From Xanthobacteraceae bacterium (GTDB lineage Bacteria > Pseudomonadota > Alphaproteobacteria > Rhizobiales > Xanthobacteraceae), in assembly GCA_019635635.1 (NCBI GenBank), contig JAHBZB010000002.1, positions 517,204 through 581,203 on the forward strand: a stretch of 64,000 nt of DNA, written 5' to 3'. The notes beneath the pieces were generated by a model that was not told the origin of the DNA, did not search any database, and worked only from the letters and a program-made list of their open reading frames with translations. This document shows positions 56,419-64,000 of the stretch, in pieces (positions within the stretch are counted from its first letter, which is position 1; each line of letters opens with the position of its first letter). The position numbers and the translations under genes are program-made.

Positions 56419-57120
56419 TTACGCCGCGCGGAAGGCCGGTTCGGGAGCTGCCGAGGCGAGGTCCGCGATCACGGTTTCGCCGCCCAGCGCATATTGGCCG
56501 ACTGCAACGAGCGGCTTGGTGCCTGTCGGCAGGTAAACATCGACCCGCGAGCCGAACCGGATCAGGCCGATGCGTTCGCCCGCCGAAACGAGCTGGCCCT
56601 CCTTCACGAAACAGACGATGCGGCGCGCCACCAGCCCCGCGATCTGCACTACGCCGTAGCGGCCGGACGGAGTGCGGACCACGAGGCCGTTCCGTTCATT
56701 ATCCTCGCTCGCCTTGTCAAGGTCGGCGTTCAGGAACTTGCCGGGGCGATAAACGATGCGCTCGATCTCACCGGAGACCGGGCTGCGGTTCACGTGCACG
56801 TCGAACACGCTCATGAAGATCGAAACGCGCGGAACCGAAGCCGAACCGAGGCCGAGCTCCGCAGGTGGTACGGCAAGCGCGACGGAAGAAATCGTGCCAT
56901 CGGCCGGCGCAATCACGAGACCGTCGCGCACCGGCGTGGTGCGGACCGGATCACGGAAGAAATAAACGCACCAAAGCGTCATCACAACGCCGAGCCAGCC
57001 AAGCGGCCGCCACAGGATGAACAGCACCAGCGAAACCAACGCGAAAATCCCGATAAAGAGGTAGCCCTCGGGATGGATCGGCGCGAACTGCTTGCGGATC
57101 GAATCGACAATCGACATCAA
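56419..57120 (-). CDS. psd: Phosphatidylserine decarboxylase proenzyme
   Basis: Psd motifs include the self-cleavage region ([11 protein letters not shown]). Confidence 0.92.
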   Translation of the reverse strand: MMSIVDSIRKQFAPIHPEGYLFIGIFALVSLVLFILWRPLGWLGVVMTLWCVYFFRDPVRTTPVRDGLVIAPADGTISSVALAVPPAELGLGSASVPRVSIFMSVFDVHVNRSPVSGEIERIVYRPGKFLNADLDKASEDNERNGLVVRTPSGRYGVVQIAGLVARRIVCFVKEGQLVSAGERIGLIRFGSRVDVYLPTGTKPLVAVGQYALGGETVIADLASAAPEPAFRAA

Positions 57121-57235
57121 AAATCGTCCTCTCGCCGATCAGCTAATGAGCGCCGGGCGCTGCGTCAACGGGCGGGGTTTGACGCCTTCCTCCGGTCAAT
57201 TCTGTGGCATAGAAACGGGCAGAACCGGAGGCAGC

Positions 57236-58258
57236 ATGCTTTCCTACGCCCAGCATTTCGAGGACGTCTATCTGATGCGCTGCTTCCGCGAGCGCAAGGC
57301 CGGCTTCTATATCGACGTCGGCGCGGGACACCCGGTGATCGACAACGTCTCCTTCGCCTTTTACCTCGAGGGCTGGCACGGCATCACGGTCGAGCCGAAT
57401 CCTTCGCTGGCGAAACTTTCCCGCGCCTTGCGCCCGCGCGACATCGGCGCGGAAACGCTGGTCGGCGCCTCGCCCGGCAAGGCGAGGTTCTATCTGGTCG
57501 ACGACTTTCACGGGCTTTCGACCACCATCGGCGAGAACGCGCGGGCGGCCGCCGAAAACTACGGCAAGCAATCGAACGAACTCGAACTTCCCGTCACGAC
57601 GCTGGCCGAGCTTTGCCGAAAGCATGCGCCCGAGTCGATCGAGTTTCTGAAGGTCGATGTCGAGGGCGCGGAAAAGGATGTGCTCGAAGGCGCGGACTGG
57701 AAGGCCTATCGCCCGCGCGTGGTTGTGATCGAAGCGACCATGCCCGCCTCGCCGGAACCGAACTGGGGCGGCTGGGAGCCGTTCCTGCTTTCGCAGAAAT
57801 ACCGCTTCGTCTTTTTCGATGGATTGAACCGCTATTACCTCGCGGACGAAGAAGCGGCACTCGCTTTGCATTTCGAAGCGCCCGTGAACCCGTTCGACAA
57901 GGCGGTGCAGCTTTCGCGCTACCGCAAGGCGCTCGAGGACGGTTCGCACCCGGACCACAAGCTCGCAAAAGTGCTCGCGGAAGGATTTCTCACTCGCGCG
58001 CCGCTGCTTTCGCCTGACCTGATCGCCGATCTTCTCACCGCCGAACTGAACCCGGCGGCGCTCGCACATCCCGCGAACGAGCAGGATGTAATCGAAGTAT
58101 TCAACCGGTTGCTTGGCCGCGAACCGGCGCCGGAAGAATTGAATGAAGTGAAGCACGCTGCGAAGGGAAAAACCTTGCGCGAGCTTTACCGGATCGTGAT
58201 CGGTCTCGACTCCGTGCGCGCGGGGCTCGGACGGATTTCCGGCAGCTACGCCTGGTAA
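57236..58258 (+). CDS. FkbM family methyltransferase with a C-terminal DUF4214-like extension
   Basis: Motifs FYIDVGAG and EFLKVDVEGAE. The C-terminus (VFNRLLGREPAPEELNE...) resembles DUF4214. ATG at 57236 after a GGAG SD. Confidence 0.75.
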   Translation: MLSYAQHFEDVYLMRCFRERKAGFYIDVGAGHPVIDNVSFAFYLEGWHGITVEPNPSLAKLSRALRPRDIGAETLVGASPGKARFYLVDDFHGLSTTIGENARAAAENYGKQSNELELPVTTLAELCRKHAPESIEFLKVDVEGAEKDVLEGADWKAYRPRVVVIEATMPASPEPNWGGWEPFLLSQKYRFVFFDGLNRYYLADEEAALALHFEAPVNPFDKAVQLSRYRKALEDGSHPDHKLAKVLAEGFLTRAPLLSPDLIADLLTAELNPAALAHPANEQDVIEVFNRLLGREPAPEELNEVKHAAKGKTLRELYRIVIGLDSVRAGLGRISGSYAW

Positions 58259-60211
58259 TTATTCCGCGGCTTCGATCTTCTGCGAAGAAGGCACGGCCAC
58301 CGGCTCGGGTTCGACCTGCGCGACGGCTGGCGGCGTTGCGTTCGGCTTCTCGCGCGGGGTCAGTTCGTCAGCGACCTCGCGCAGTTTCTCGCGCGCCGCA
58401 TCAGCTTCGCGTTGACGATTCCACATGCCGGCGTAAAGGCCGCCCTCCAGAAGCAACTGCTCGTGCGTGCCGCGCTCGACTACCTGCCCCGCGTCGAGCA
58501 CGATGATCTGGTCGGCATTGATCACGGTCGAAAGCCGATGCGCGATTACGAGCGTGGTACGGCCGCGCGCGACCCGCTCCAAGGCATCCTGAATTTCCTT
58601 CTCGGTATAGGAATCGAGCGCCGAGGTGGCTTCGTCGAGCAGCAAAATCGGCGGACCTTTCAGGATCGTGCGTGCGATGGCGACGCGCTGCTTTTCGCCG
58701 CCCGACAGTTTCAGGCCGCGCTCGCCGACTTCGGTGTCGTAACCCTGCGGAAGGATGCGGATAAAATCGTCGATCTGCGCATCCTGCGCGGCCCGATCGA
58801 TTTCGGCATCGGTCGCATCCCAGCGCCCGTAGCGGATGTTGTAGCGGATGGTGTCGTTGAACAGCACGGTGTCCTGCGGCACCATGCCGATCGCGGCACG
58901 CAGGCTTGCCTGCTTTACGTCGCGAATGTCCTGCCCGTCGATGCTGATGCGCCCGTCGGCGACATCATAGAAGCGATAAATCAGTCGCGAGATCGTGGAC
59001 TTACCGGCGCCCGAAGGACCGACAATTGCAATCGTGTGGCCCGCGGGCACCTCGAAAGAAATTCCTTTCAGGATTTCGCGGCCGGGATCGTAGCTGAAGC
59101 GCACGTCTTCGAAACGCAACGTACCTTCGCGCACCTCCAAAGGCTTCGCGCCCGGCGCGTCCTGAATTTCCGGATTGCGGTTGAGGATGCCGAACATCTG
59201 CTCGATGTCAATCGTCGCCTGCTTGATCTCGCGGTAGAGCATGCCCATGAAATTCAGCGGGATATAAAGCTGGATCAGCATGGCGTTGATCATGACGAAA
59301 TCGCCGACGGTGCGGCGGCCGGCCTGAATGTCGAACACGCACATCGCCATCATCACGGTCAGACCGAGCGTGAAGATCGTCGCCTGCCCCGCGTTCAGTA
59401 CCGCAAGCGAAGTATAGGTCTGCACGCCCGCTTTCTCGTATTTCGCGATCGAGCGGTCGTAGCGTTCGCTCTCGCGCCTCTCCGCGCCGAAATATTTCAC
59501 GGTCTCGAAATTCAGGAGACTATCGACCGCCTTCGCGGTCGCGTCCGTGTCGGACTCGTTCATCGCCTTGCGGATTTTGATCCGCCACTCGGTCGCGCGA
59601 TAGGTATAGGCCATGAACACGAGCATGGTGACGAGCACCATGGCGGCGTAGCGCCAATCGAAAGCGAGCAGCATCACGCCGATCACGAGGCCGAGTTCGA
59701 GAATCGTCGGCGCAAGTTGCAGCACGACAAGGCGCACCAGTTCCTCGATGCCGTTGCGGCCGCGCTCGAGCACGCGCGTCAGCCCACCGGTCTTGCGCTC
59801 GAGATGAAAGCGCAGCGAGAGCGCATGCATGTGATCGAAGGTGAGTTGTGCGAGCCGCCGCACGGCGTGAAGTGCCACCTTCGCGAATAACCCGTCGCGA
59901 AGCTGGGTCAGAAGCGCCATCGAAATGCGGATCAGCCCGTAGAGTGCGACCAATGCGAGCGGCGCGGACAGGATCGCGAACCACAGATGCGGTACCGGGG
60001 TCTTGCCGTCGGAAACCGCTACCAGCGCATCCGTCGCCCACTTGAAGGTAAACGGCATTAATATCGTCGCGAGCTTCGCGCCCAGGAGCAGCACGAAGGC
60101 GACGAAGACGCGGCGCTTGAGGTCGGGGCGCGTCGAGGGCCACATATGCGGCCAGAGGCCGATGATCGTGGACAGGAGCGTCGCGCGGGTGACGGGGTTT
60201 ACTTCTTTCAT
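58259..60211 (-). CDS. ABC transporter fused permease/ATPase, ATM1/HMT1 (AtmA) type exporter
   Basis: Six-TM domain plus an NBD (Walker A GPSGAGKST, signature LSGGEKQRVAIAR, Walker B LLLDEATSALD). Confidence 0.9.
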   Translation of the reverse strand: MKEVNPVTRATLLSTIIGLWPHMWPSTRPDLKRRVFVAFVLLLGAKLATILMPFTFKWATDALVAVSDGKTPVPHLWFAILSAPLALVALYGLIRISMALLTQLRDGLFAKVALHAVRRLAQLTFDHMHALSLRFHLERKTGGLTRVLERGRNGIEELVRLVVLQLAPTILELGLVIGVMLLAFDWRYAAMVLVTMLVFMAYTYRATEWRIKIRKAMNESDTDATAKAVDSLLNFETVKYFGAERRESERYDRSIAKYEKAGVQTYTSLAVLNAGQATIFTLGLTVMMAMCVFDIQAGRRTVGDFVMINAMLIQLYIPLNFMGMLYREIKQATIDIEQMFGILNRNPEIQDAPGAKPLEVREGTLRFEDVRFSYDPGREILKGISFEVPAGHTIAIVGPSGAGKSTISRLIYRFYDVADGRISIDGQDIRDVKQASLRAAIGMVPQDTVLFNDTIRYNIRYGRWDATDAEIDRAAQDAQIDDFIRILPQGYDTEVGERGLKLSGGEKQRVAIARTILKGPPILLLDEATSALDSYTEKEIQDALERVARGRTTLVIAHRLSTVINADQIIVLDAGQVVERGTHEQLLLEGGLYAGMWNRQREADAAREKLREVADELTPREKPNATPPAVAQVEPEPVAVPSSQKIEAAE

Positions 60212-60400
60212 TCCATTTCTTTTCGCGGGTGCGTTTTCGACGCCAAATGGGGCGAGAGCGCGCCCGGCTGCCTCAAATTTCGGCGCATCCTAGCACGCCT
60301 CCCGAAACCGGGGCGGATCGTCGCAATTCCTGCATTTACTCCCGGTACGACACGCGCCAGTGTTATCTAGGTATTCCTCCCCGAAATTCCGAGTCTCCTC

Positions 60401-60937
60401 ATGCACCTCGCCGTCTTGTTCATGTCTGCCCTGCTGGTTGCTTCCGCCACCGGTCTGTCCGCGCAGGAGATCGCCGCGCGCACACCGCAGGGCGCGGCCT
60501 CGGTCTTGACCGAGCAGACGGAAGCCGGAGTGCGGCTCACGATCAGCGTCGCGGGCACGGAACCGCAGGTGTTCGACGGCGTCGGTGACGCGCTGGTGCC
60601 CTTGCGCGCGGGCAACCGTTCCGGGCCGGTGCTTGCGCTCGACATCGACCGCGACGGGATCGACGAGATTTTCGTGCGGACCTCGACGCAGGGCCAACGC
60701 GGCGTGCTGATCGTGTTTCGCTGGGACGCGGCCGCGAGCCATTATGCGCCGGTGACCTTCACCGAAGATGCGGGTGCGCCGAAGCCCTATCTCCTCGTGC
60801 ATTTTTCGCAACCGGTTTCCGTCAACGGCGATACGATTGAAGCCAACAACGACAGCGAAAGCGGCGGCCGCAAGCGGCTGCGCGTGTTCCGCTATCGCTG
60901 GAACGGCAACGGCTTCGCGCAGACCACCGATCACTGA
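60401..60937 (+). CDS. Hypothetical secreted protein with an FG-GAP/VCBS-like DxDxDG motif
   Basis: Signal peptide (MHLAVLFMSALLVASATGLSAQE) and the LDIDRDGIDEIFV motif. Confidence 0.6.
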   Translation: MHLAVLFMSALLVASATGLSAQEIAARTPQGAASVLTEQTEAGVRLTISVAGTEPQVFDGVGDALVPLRAGNRSGPVLALDIDRDGIDEIFVRTSTQGQRGVLIVFRWDAAASHYAPVTFTEDAGAPKPYLLVHFSQPVSVNGDTIEANNDSESGGRKRLRVFRYRWNGNGFAQTTDH

Positions 60938-60978
60938 GCGGTCTTGACGCGGCGACCGCGCGCCGCCACATCAGGCAC

Positions 60979-61587
60979 ATGGCTGAAATCAAAACGATCT
61001 GCGTTTTCTGCGGTTCCTCGCCGGGGCGCAGCGGAAAATTTATCGACGACGCGAAAGCGTTCGGCACCCTCCTCGGCAAGGAAAAAATCCATCTCGTATT
61101 CGGCGGCGGCGGCGTCGGCCTGATGGGCACGGTCGCGCGCGCGGCGCGCGATAGCGGGAGCGAGGTCACCGGCATTATCCCGCGCTTTCTGGTGAACCGC
61201 GAACGGCCCGAGGCCGCGCATTCGACGAACACCATCGTCACCGAGGACATGCATGAGCGCAAACACAAGATGTTCGAGATGGCGGACGCTTTCGTGGCGC
61301 TGCCCGGCGGCATCGGCACACTCGAAGAACTGATCGAGCAGCTCACATGGATCCAGCTCGGGCAGCATCAGAAGCCGCTCCTGATTCTGAATACCGAAGG
61401 CTTCTGGAACCCGCTCCTGAAGCTATTGGAAAATTTCCGCGACATGGGCTTCGTGGGCCAGCACGCGATCGACAATCTATTGGTCGCGGACAAGGTCGAG
61501 GACATTCTGCCAACGCTTACGAACGCGGCGAAACCCGTTTCGCTCTGGGCGCTGCGCGAAGACCAGGCCGTCTCGGAAAATATGTAG
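60979..61587 (+). CDS. LOG family cytokinin riboside 5'-monophosphate phosphoribohydrolase-like protein (TIGR00730)
   Basis: Motifs VFCGSS, GGGGVGLMG and PGGIGTLEE. Confidence 0.9.
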   Translation: MAEIKTICVFCGSSPGRSGKFIDDAKAFGTLLGKEKIHLVFGGGGVGLMGTVARAARDSGSEVTGIIPRFLVNRERPEAAHSTNTIVTEDMHERKHKMFEMADAFVALPGGIGTLEELIEQLTWIQLGQHQKPLLILNTEGFWNPLLKLLENFRDMGFVGQHAIDNLLVADKVEDILPTLTNAAKPVSLWALREDQAVSENM

Positions 61588-61590
61588 CTC

Positions 61591-61977
61591 CTAGAGAGCG
61601 ACGAAGGTCACGACTTCGATCTTGTTGCCGTCGAAGTCGCGGATGAAGGCGGCATAGTAATTTTCGCTGTAGTGCGGGCGGATGCCGGGCGCGCCGTCTC
61701 CGGAAGCGCCGAGCCGGATCGCGGCATCGTAGAACGCTTTGACCGCTTCCGCCGTCTTCGTGCGCAGGCAGATATGCGTTCCGGAATCGGCCGGCACTTT
61801 CGCCATTCCCGGCCGGGCATTGAGCCAGAACTCCGAATGCGATTTTCCGCGGCGGCCGAAGCCGGAAGTCTCCGGCCGTTCGTCACGCAATTCGTAGTCG
61901 AGCGCGGCGAGCACTTTTTTATAAAAAGCGGTCGAAACCTTCAGATCGCGGACACCGATAGAAACGTGATCAATCAT
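61591..61977 (-). CDS. VOC (glyoxalase/bleomycin resistance/dioxygenase) family protein
   Basis: The N-terminus MIDHVSIGVRDLKVSTAFY and the ending DFDGNKIEVV match the family. ATG at 61977 after an AAGGAGG SD. Confidence 0.85.
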   Translation of the reverse strand: MIDHVSIGVRDLKVSTAFYKKVLAALDYELRDERPETSGFGRRGKSHSEFWLNARPGMAKVPADSGTHICLRTKTAEAVKAFYDAAIRLGASGDGAPGIRPHYSENYYAAFIRDFDGNKIEVVTFVAL

Positions 61978-61988
61978 CCGCCTCCTCC

Positions 61989-63590
61989 TTAAGCCGGTGC
62001 GTTGCTCTTCAGCAATTTCCAGATCACGGAATCGAGCAGCGCCTGGAATGAGGCGTCGATGATGTTCGGCGAAACGCCGACCGTGGTCCACTGCTCGCCG
62101 TTTTCGTCGGTCGACTCGATCAGAACACGCGTTACGGCACCGGTGCCGCCGTCGAGGATACGCACGCGGAAGTCGGTAAGCGAAAGCCCGGAGATATAAG
62201 ACTGGTATTTGCCGAGATCCTTGCGCAGCGCCACATCGAGGGCATTCACGGGACCGTTGCCCTCGCCTGCCGAGATCAGCACTTCGCCGCCGACACGGAC
62301 CTTTACGGTCGCTTCGGCAACCGTCGTCAGTTCGCCCTTGGCGTTGTAGCGGCGCTCCACGTTCACGCTGAAGCGCTCAACGTCAAAATAGTCCGGCACC
62401 TTGCCCAGCATACGGCGCGCGAGCAGCGCGAAAGATGCATCCGCCGACTCATATGAATAGCCCATCGACTCACGGCGCTTCACTTCTTCCAGGAGATAAA
62501 CGAGACGCGGGTCGTTCTTGTCGGCGACGATGCCGAGACGCTCCAACTCCGCAAGCACGTTCGACTTGCCGGCCTGATCGGAGACCATGACCTTGCGGCG
62601 GTTGCCGACCGCTTCCGGCTGCACATGCTCGTAAGTCGTCGGATCCTTGAGAATTGCCGACGCGTGGATACCCGCCTTGGTCGCGAAAGCATTCTCGCCG
62701 ACATAAGGCGCGTATTTATCCGGCGCGCGGTTGAGGATTTCGTCCAGCGTATGCGCGCAATGGCGCAGCGTCGTGAGTTGCGAGGGCTTCACGCCGATCT
62801 CGAATTTCTCCGCGAAGTCGCCCTTGAGCAACAACGTCGGGATGATCGAGCAAAGGTTCGCGTTGCCGGTGCGCTCACCCAGACCGTTCAGCGTGCCTTG
62901 AATCTGCCGCGCGCCCGCGCGCACCGCGGCGAGCGAATTTGCGACCGCCTGCTCGGTGTCGTTATGCGCATGGATGCCGACATGATCGCCGGGGATCAGT
63001 TTCACGACATCCTTGACGATGGTTTCGATCTCGTCCGGCAGCGTGCCGCCGTTGGTGTCGCACAATACGACCCAGCGTGCGCCGGCGTCGTAAGCCGCCT
63101 TCGCGCAGGCCAGCGCATATTCGCGGTTGTCTTTATAGCCATCGAAGAAATGCTCGCAGTCGATCAGCGCCTCGCGGCCTGAATCGACCACGGCTTTCAC
63201 GGAGTCACGGATGCTTTCGAGATTTTCTTCCGGCTTGATTTCGAGCGCGACGCGCACCTGAAACGCCGACGACTTTGCAACCAGGCAGACCGCGTCGGAT
63301 TTCGCGGCGAGCGTTCCGGCGAGCACCGGATCGTTCGAGGCAGAACGCCCCGCGCGCTTGGTCATGCCAAAGGCGGTGAACTTCGCCTTGATGCCGTTGT
63401 CCTCGGAGAACAGCGCGGTGTCGGTCGGGTTCGCACCGGGGATGCCGGCCTCGATATAATCGACGCCGAGTTCGTCCAGCATCCGCGAGACGCGGAGCTT
63501 GTCGGTCAGGGTGAAATCGACGCCGTGCATCTGCGCGCCATCGCGCAGGGTGGTGTCGAAAAGGTAGAGCCGCTCGCGCGCCATCGTCAT
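61989..63590 (-). CDS. cimA: Citramalate synthase (LeuA/CimA family, type 2)
   Basis: Motifs LFDTTLRDGAQ and HAHNDTEQAVANSL, plus a C-terminal LeuA-dimer regulatory domain. Confidence 0.88.
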   Translation of the reverse strand: MTMARERLYLFDTTLRDGAQMHGVDFTLTDKLRVSRMLDELGVDYIEAGIPGANPTDTALFSEDNGIKAKFTAFGMTKRAGRSASNDPVLAGTLAAKSDAVCLVAKSSAFQVRVALEIKPEENLESIRDSVKAVVDSGREALIDCEHFFDGYKDNREYALACAKAAYDAGARWVVLCDTNGGTLPDEIETIVKDVVKLIPGDHVGIHAHNDTEQAVANSLAAVRAGARQIQGTLNGLGERTGNANLCSIIPTLLLKGDFAEKFEIGVKPSQLTTLRHCAHTLDEILNRAPDKYAPYVGENAFATKAGIHASAILKDPTTYEHVQPEAVGNRRKVMVSDQAGKSNVLAELERLGIVADKNDPRLVYLLEEVKRRESMGYSYESADASFALLARRMLGKVPDYFDVERFSVNVERRYNAKGELTTVAEATVKVRVGGEVLISAGEGNGPVNALDVALRKDLGKYQSYISGLSLTDFRVRILDGGTGAVTRVLIESTDENGEQWTTVGVSPNIIDASFQALLDSVIWKLLKSNAPA

Positions 63591-63712
63591 CTCCAGAGCA
63601 GGCCGAATACGTAGATCGCGAGCAGCGCGCCCAGGAGCATGATCGCGTATTTCAGCACGACATAATAAGTGCGGTGCCGCGGAAACGGCGGCTTATCCAG
63701 TTCGCCGTTCAT
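63587..63712 (-). CDS. Candidate small membrane protein (41 aa) overlapping the cimA start (ATGA)
   Basis: Read by hand, below the ORF-track cutoff: MNGELDKPPFPRHRTYYVVLKYAIMLLGALLAIYVFGLLWR*. It has one TM helix, and its stop overlaps the cimA ATG. Confidence 0.35.
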   Translation of the reverse strand: MNGELDKPPFPRHRTYYVVLKYAIMLLGALLAIYVFGLLWR

Positions 63713-63864
63713 GGCTTCACCTTTTGATTCAACAGGTAAGGAATCCGGCGGCCGCCCGCGCAGGCCTGAAGCGCGAAAAACGATGGTTTTTCAGTGCGCT
63801 GCGGGGACGCGCGAAACATCCGATTTCGATTCAAATTGCTGAAGTCATGAGTCCGAGGAGCGGT

Positions 63865-64000
63865 CATCGCGCGACCTCCCAGGTCGTGGTGCCGTCCTTA
63901 TTGTCCTTGATGACGACGCCCATGGCTTTCAGTTCGTCGCGGATACGGTCGGATTCTTTCCAATCCTTGCGCGCGCGGGCAGCGTTACGCTGCTCGACTA
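63865..64000 (-). CDS. cysS: Cysteine--tRNA ligase, C-terminal fragment; 5' end lies outside the window
   Basis: The minus-strand translation ...[44 protein letters not shown] matches the CysS C-terminal anticodon-binding tail. Confidence 0.75.

Overview
High-GC alphaproteobacterial chromosomal segment. The acpXL very-long-chain fatty acid lipid A cluster, the CCCGG/CCGGG palindromic REP-like elements and the gene order suggest Nitrobacteraceae/Bradyrhizobiaceae. The window is mostly core metabolism, with about 65 supportable CDS and one tRNA-Gln(CUG). Main blocks: (1) an MBOAT O-acyltransferase with three SGNH/GDSL proteins; (2) gcdH with a CoA-transferase; (3) an RND pump with its adaptor; (4) an 11 kb co-directional urtABCDE-ureD-ureAB-(AbrB-like)-ureC-ureEFG block behind a sigma54-type promoter; (5) the complete acpXL-fabZXL-fabF2XL-fabF1XL-(SDR)-adhA2XL-lpxXL cluster; (6) a PomAB/MotAB-like stator pair; (7) a TRAP transporter with two SDRs and a GST; (8) pssA-psd; (9) cimA. 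No CRISPR array, integrase, transposase or recognisable defence system was found, and I see no convincing wholly novel system. Observations worth a second look: two single in-frame TAG codons that split otherwise intact transporter genes (urtD and dctM); two perfect CtrA-box consensus sites (TTAA-N7-TTAAC) in front of small ORFs, one of them an AbrB-like gene embedded in the urease operon; a fused ureAB; an apparent ~90 aa insertion in UrtC; an EcfG-type general-stress promoter motif upstream of a DUF883 operon; a catalytically degenerate KS-like FabF2XL; and a low-GC GIY-YIG gene bracketed by REP-like palindromes. Many long ORFs in the supplied track are antisense or shadow ORFs typical of GC-rich DNA and were not called.
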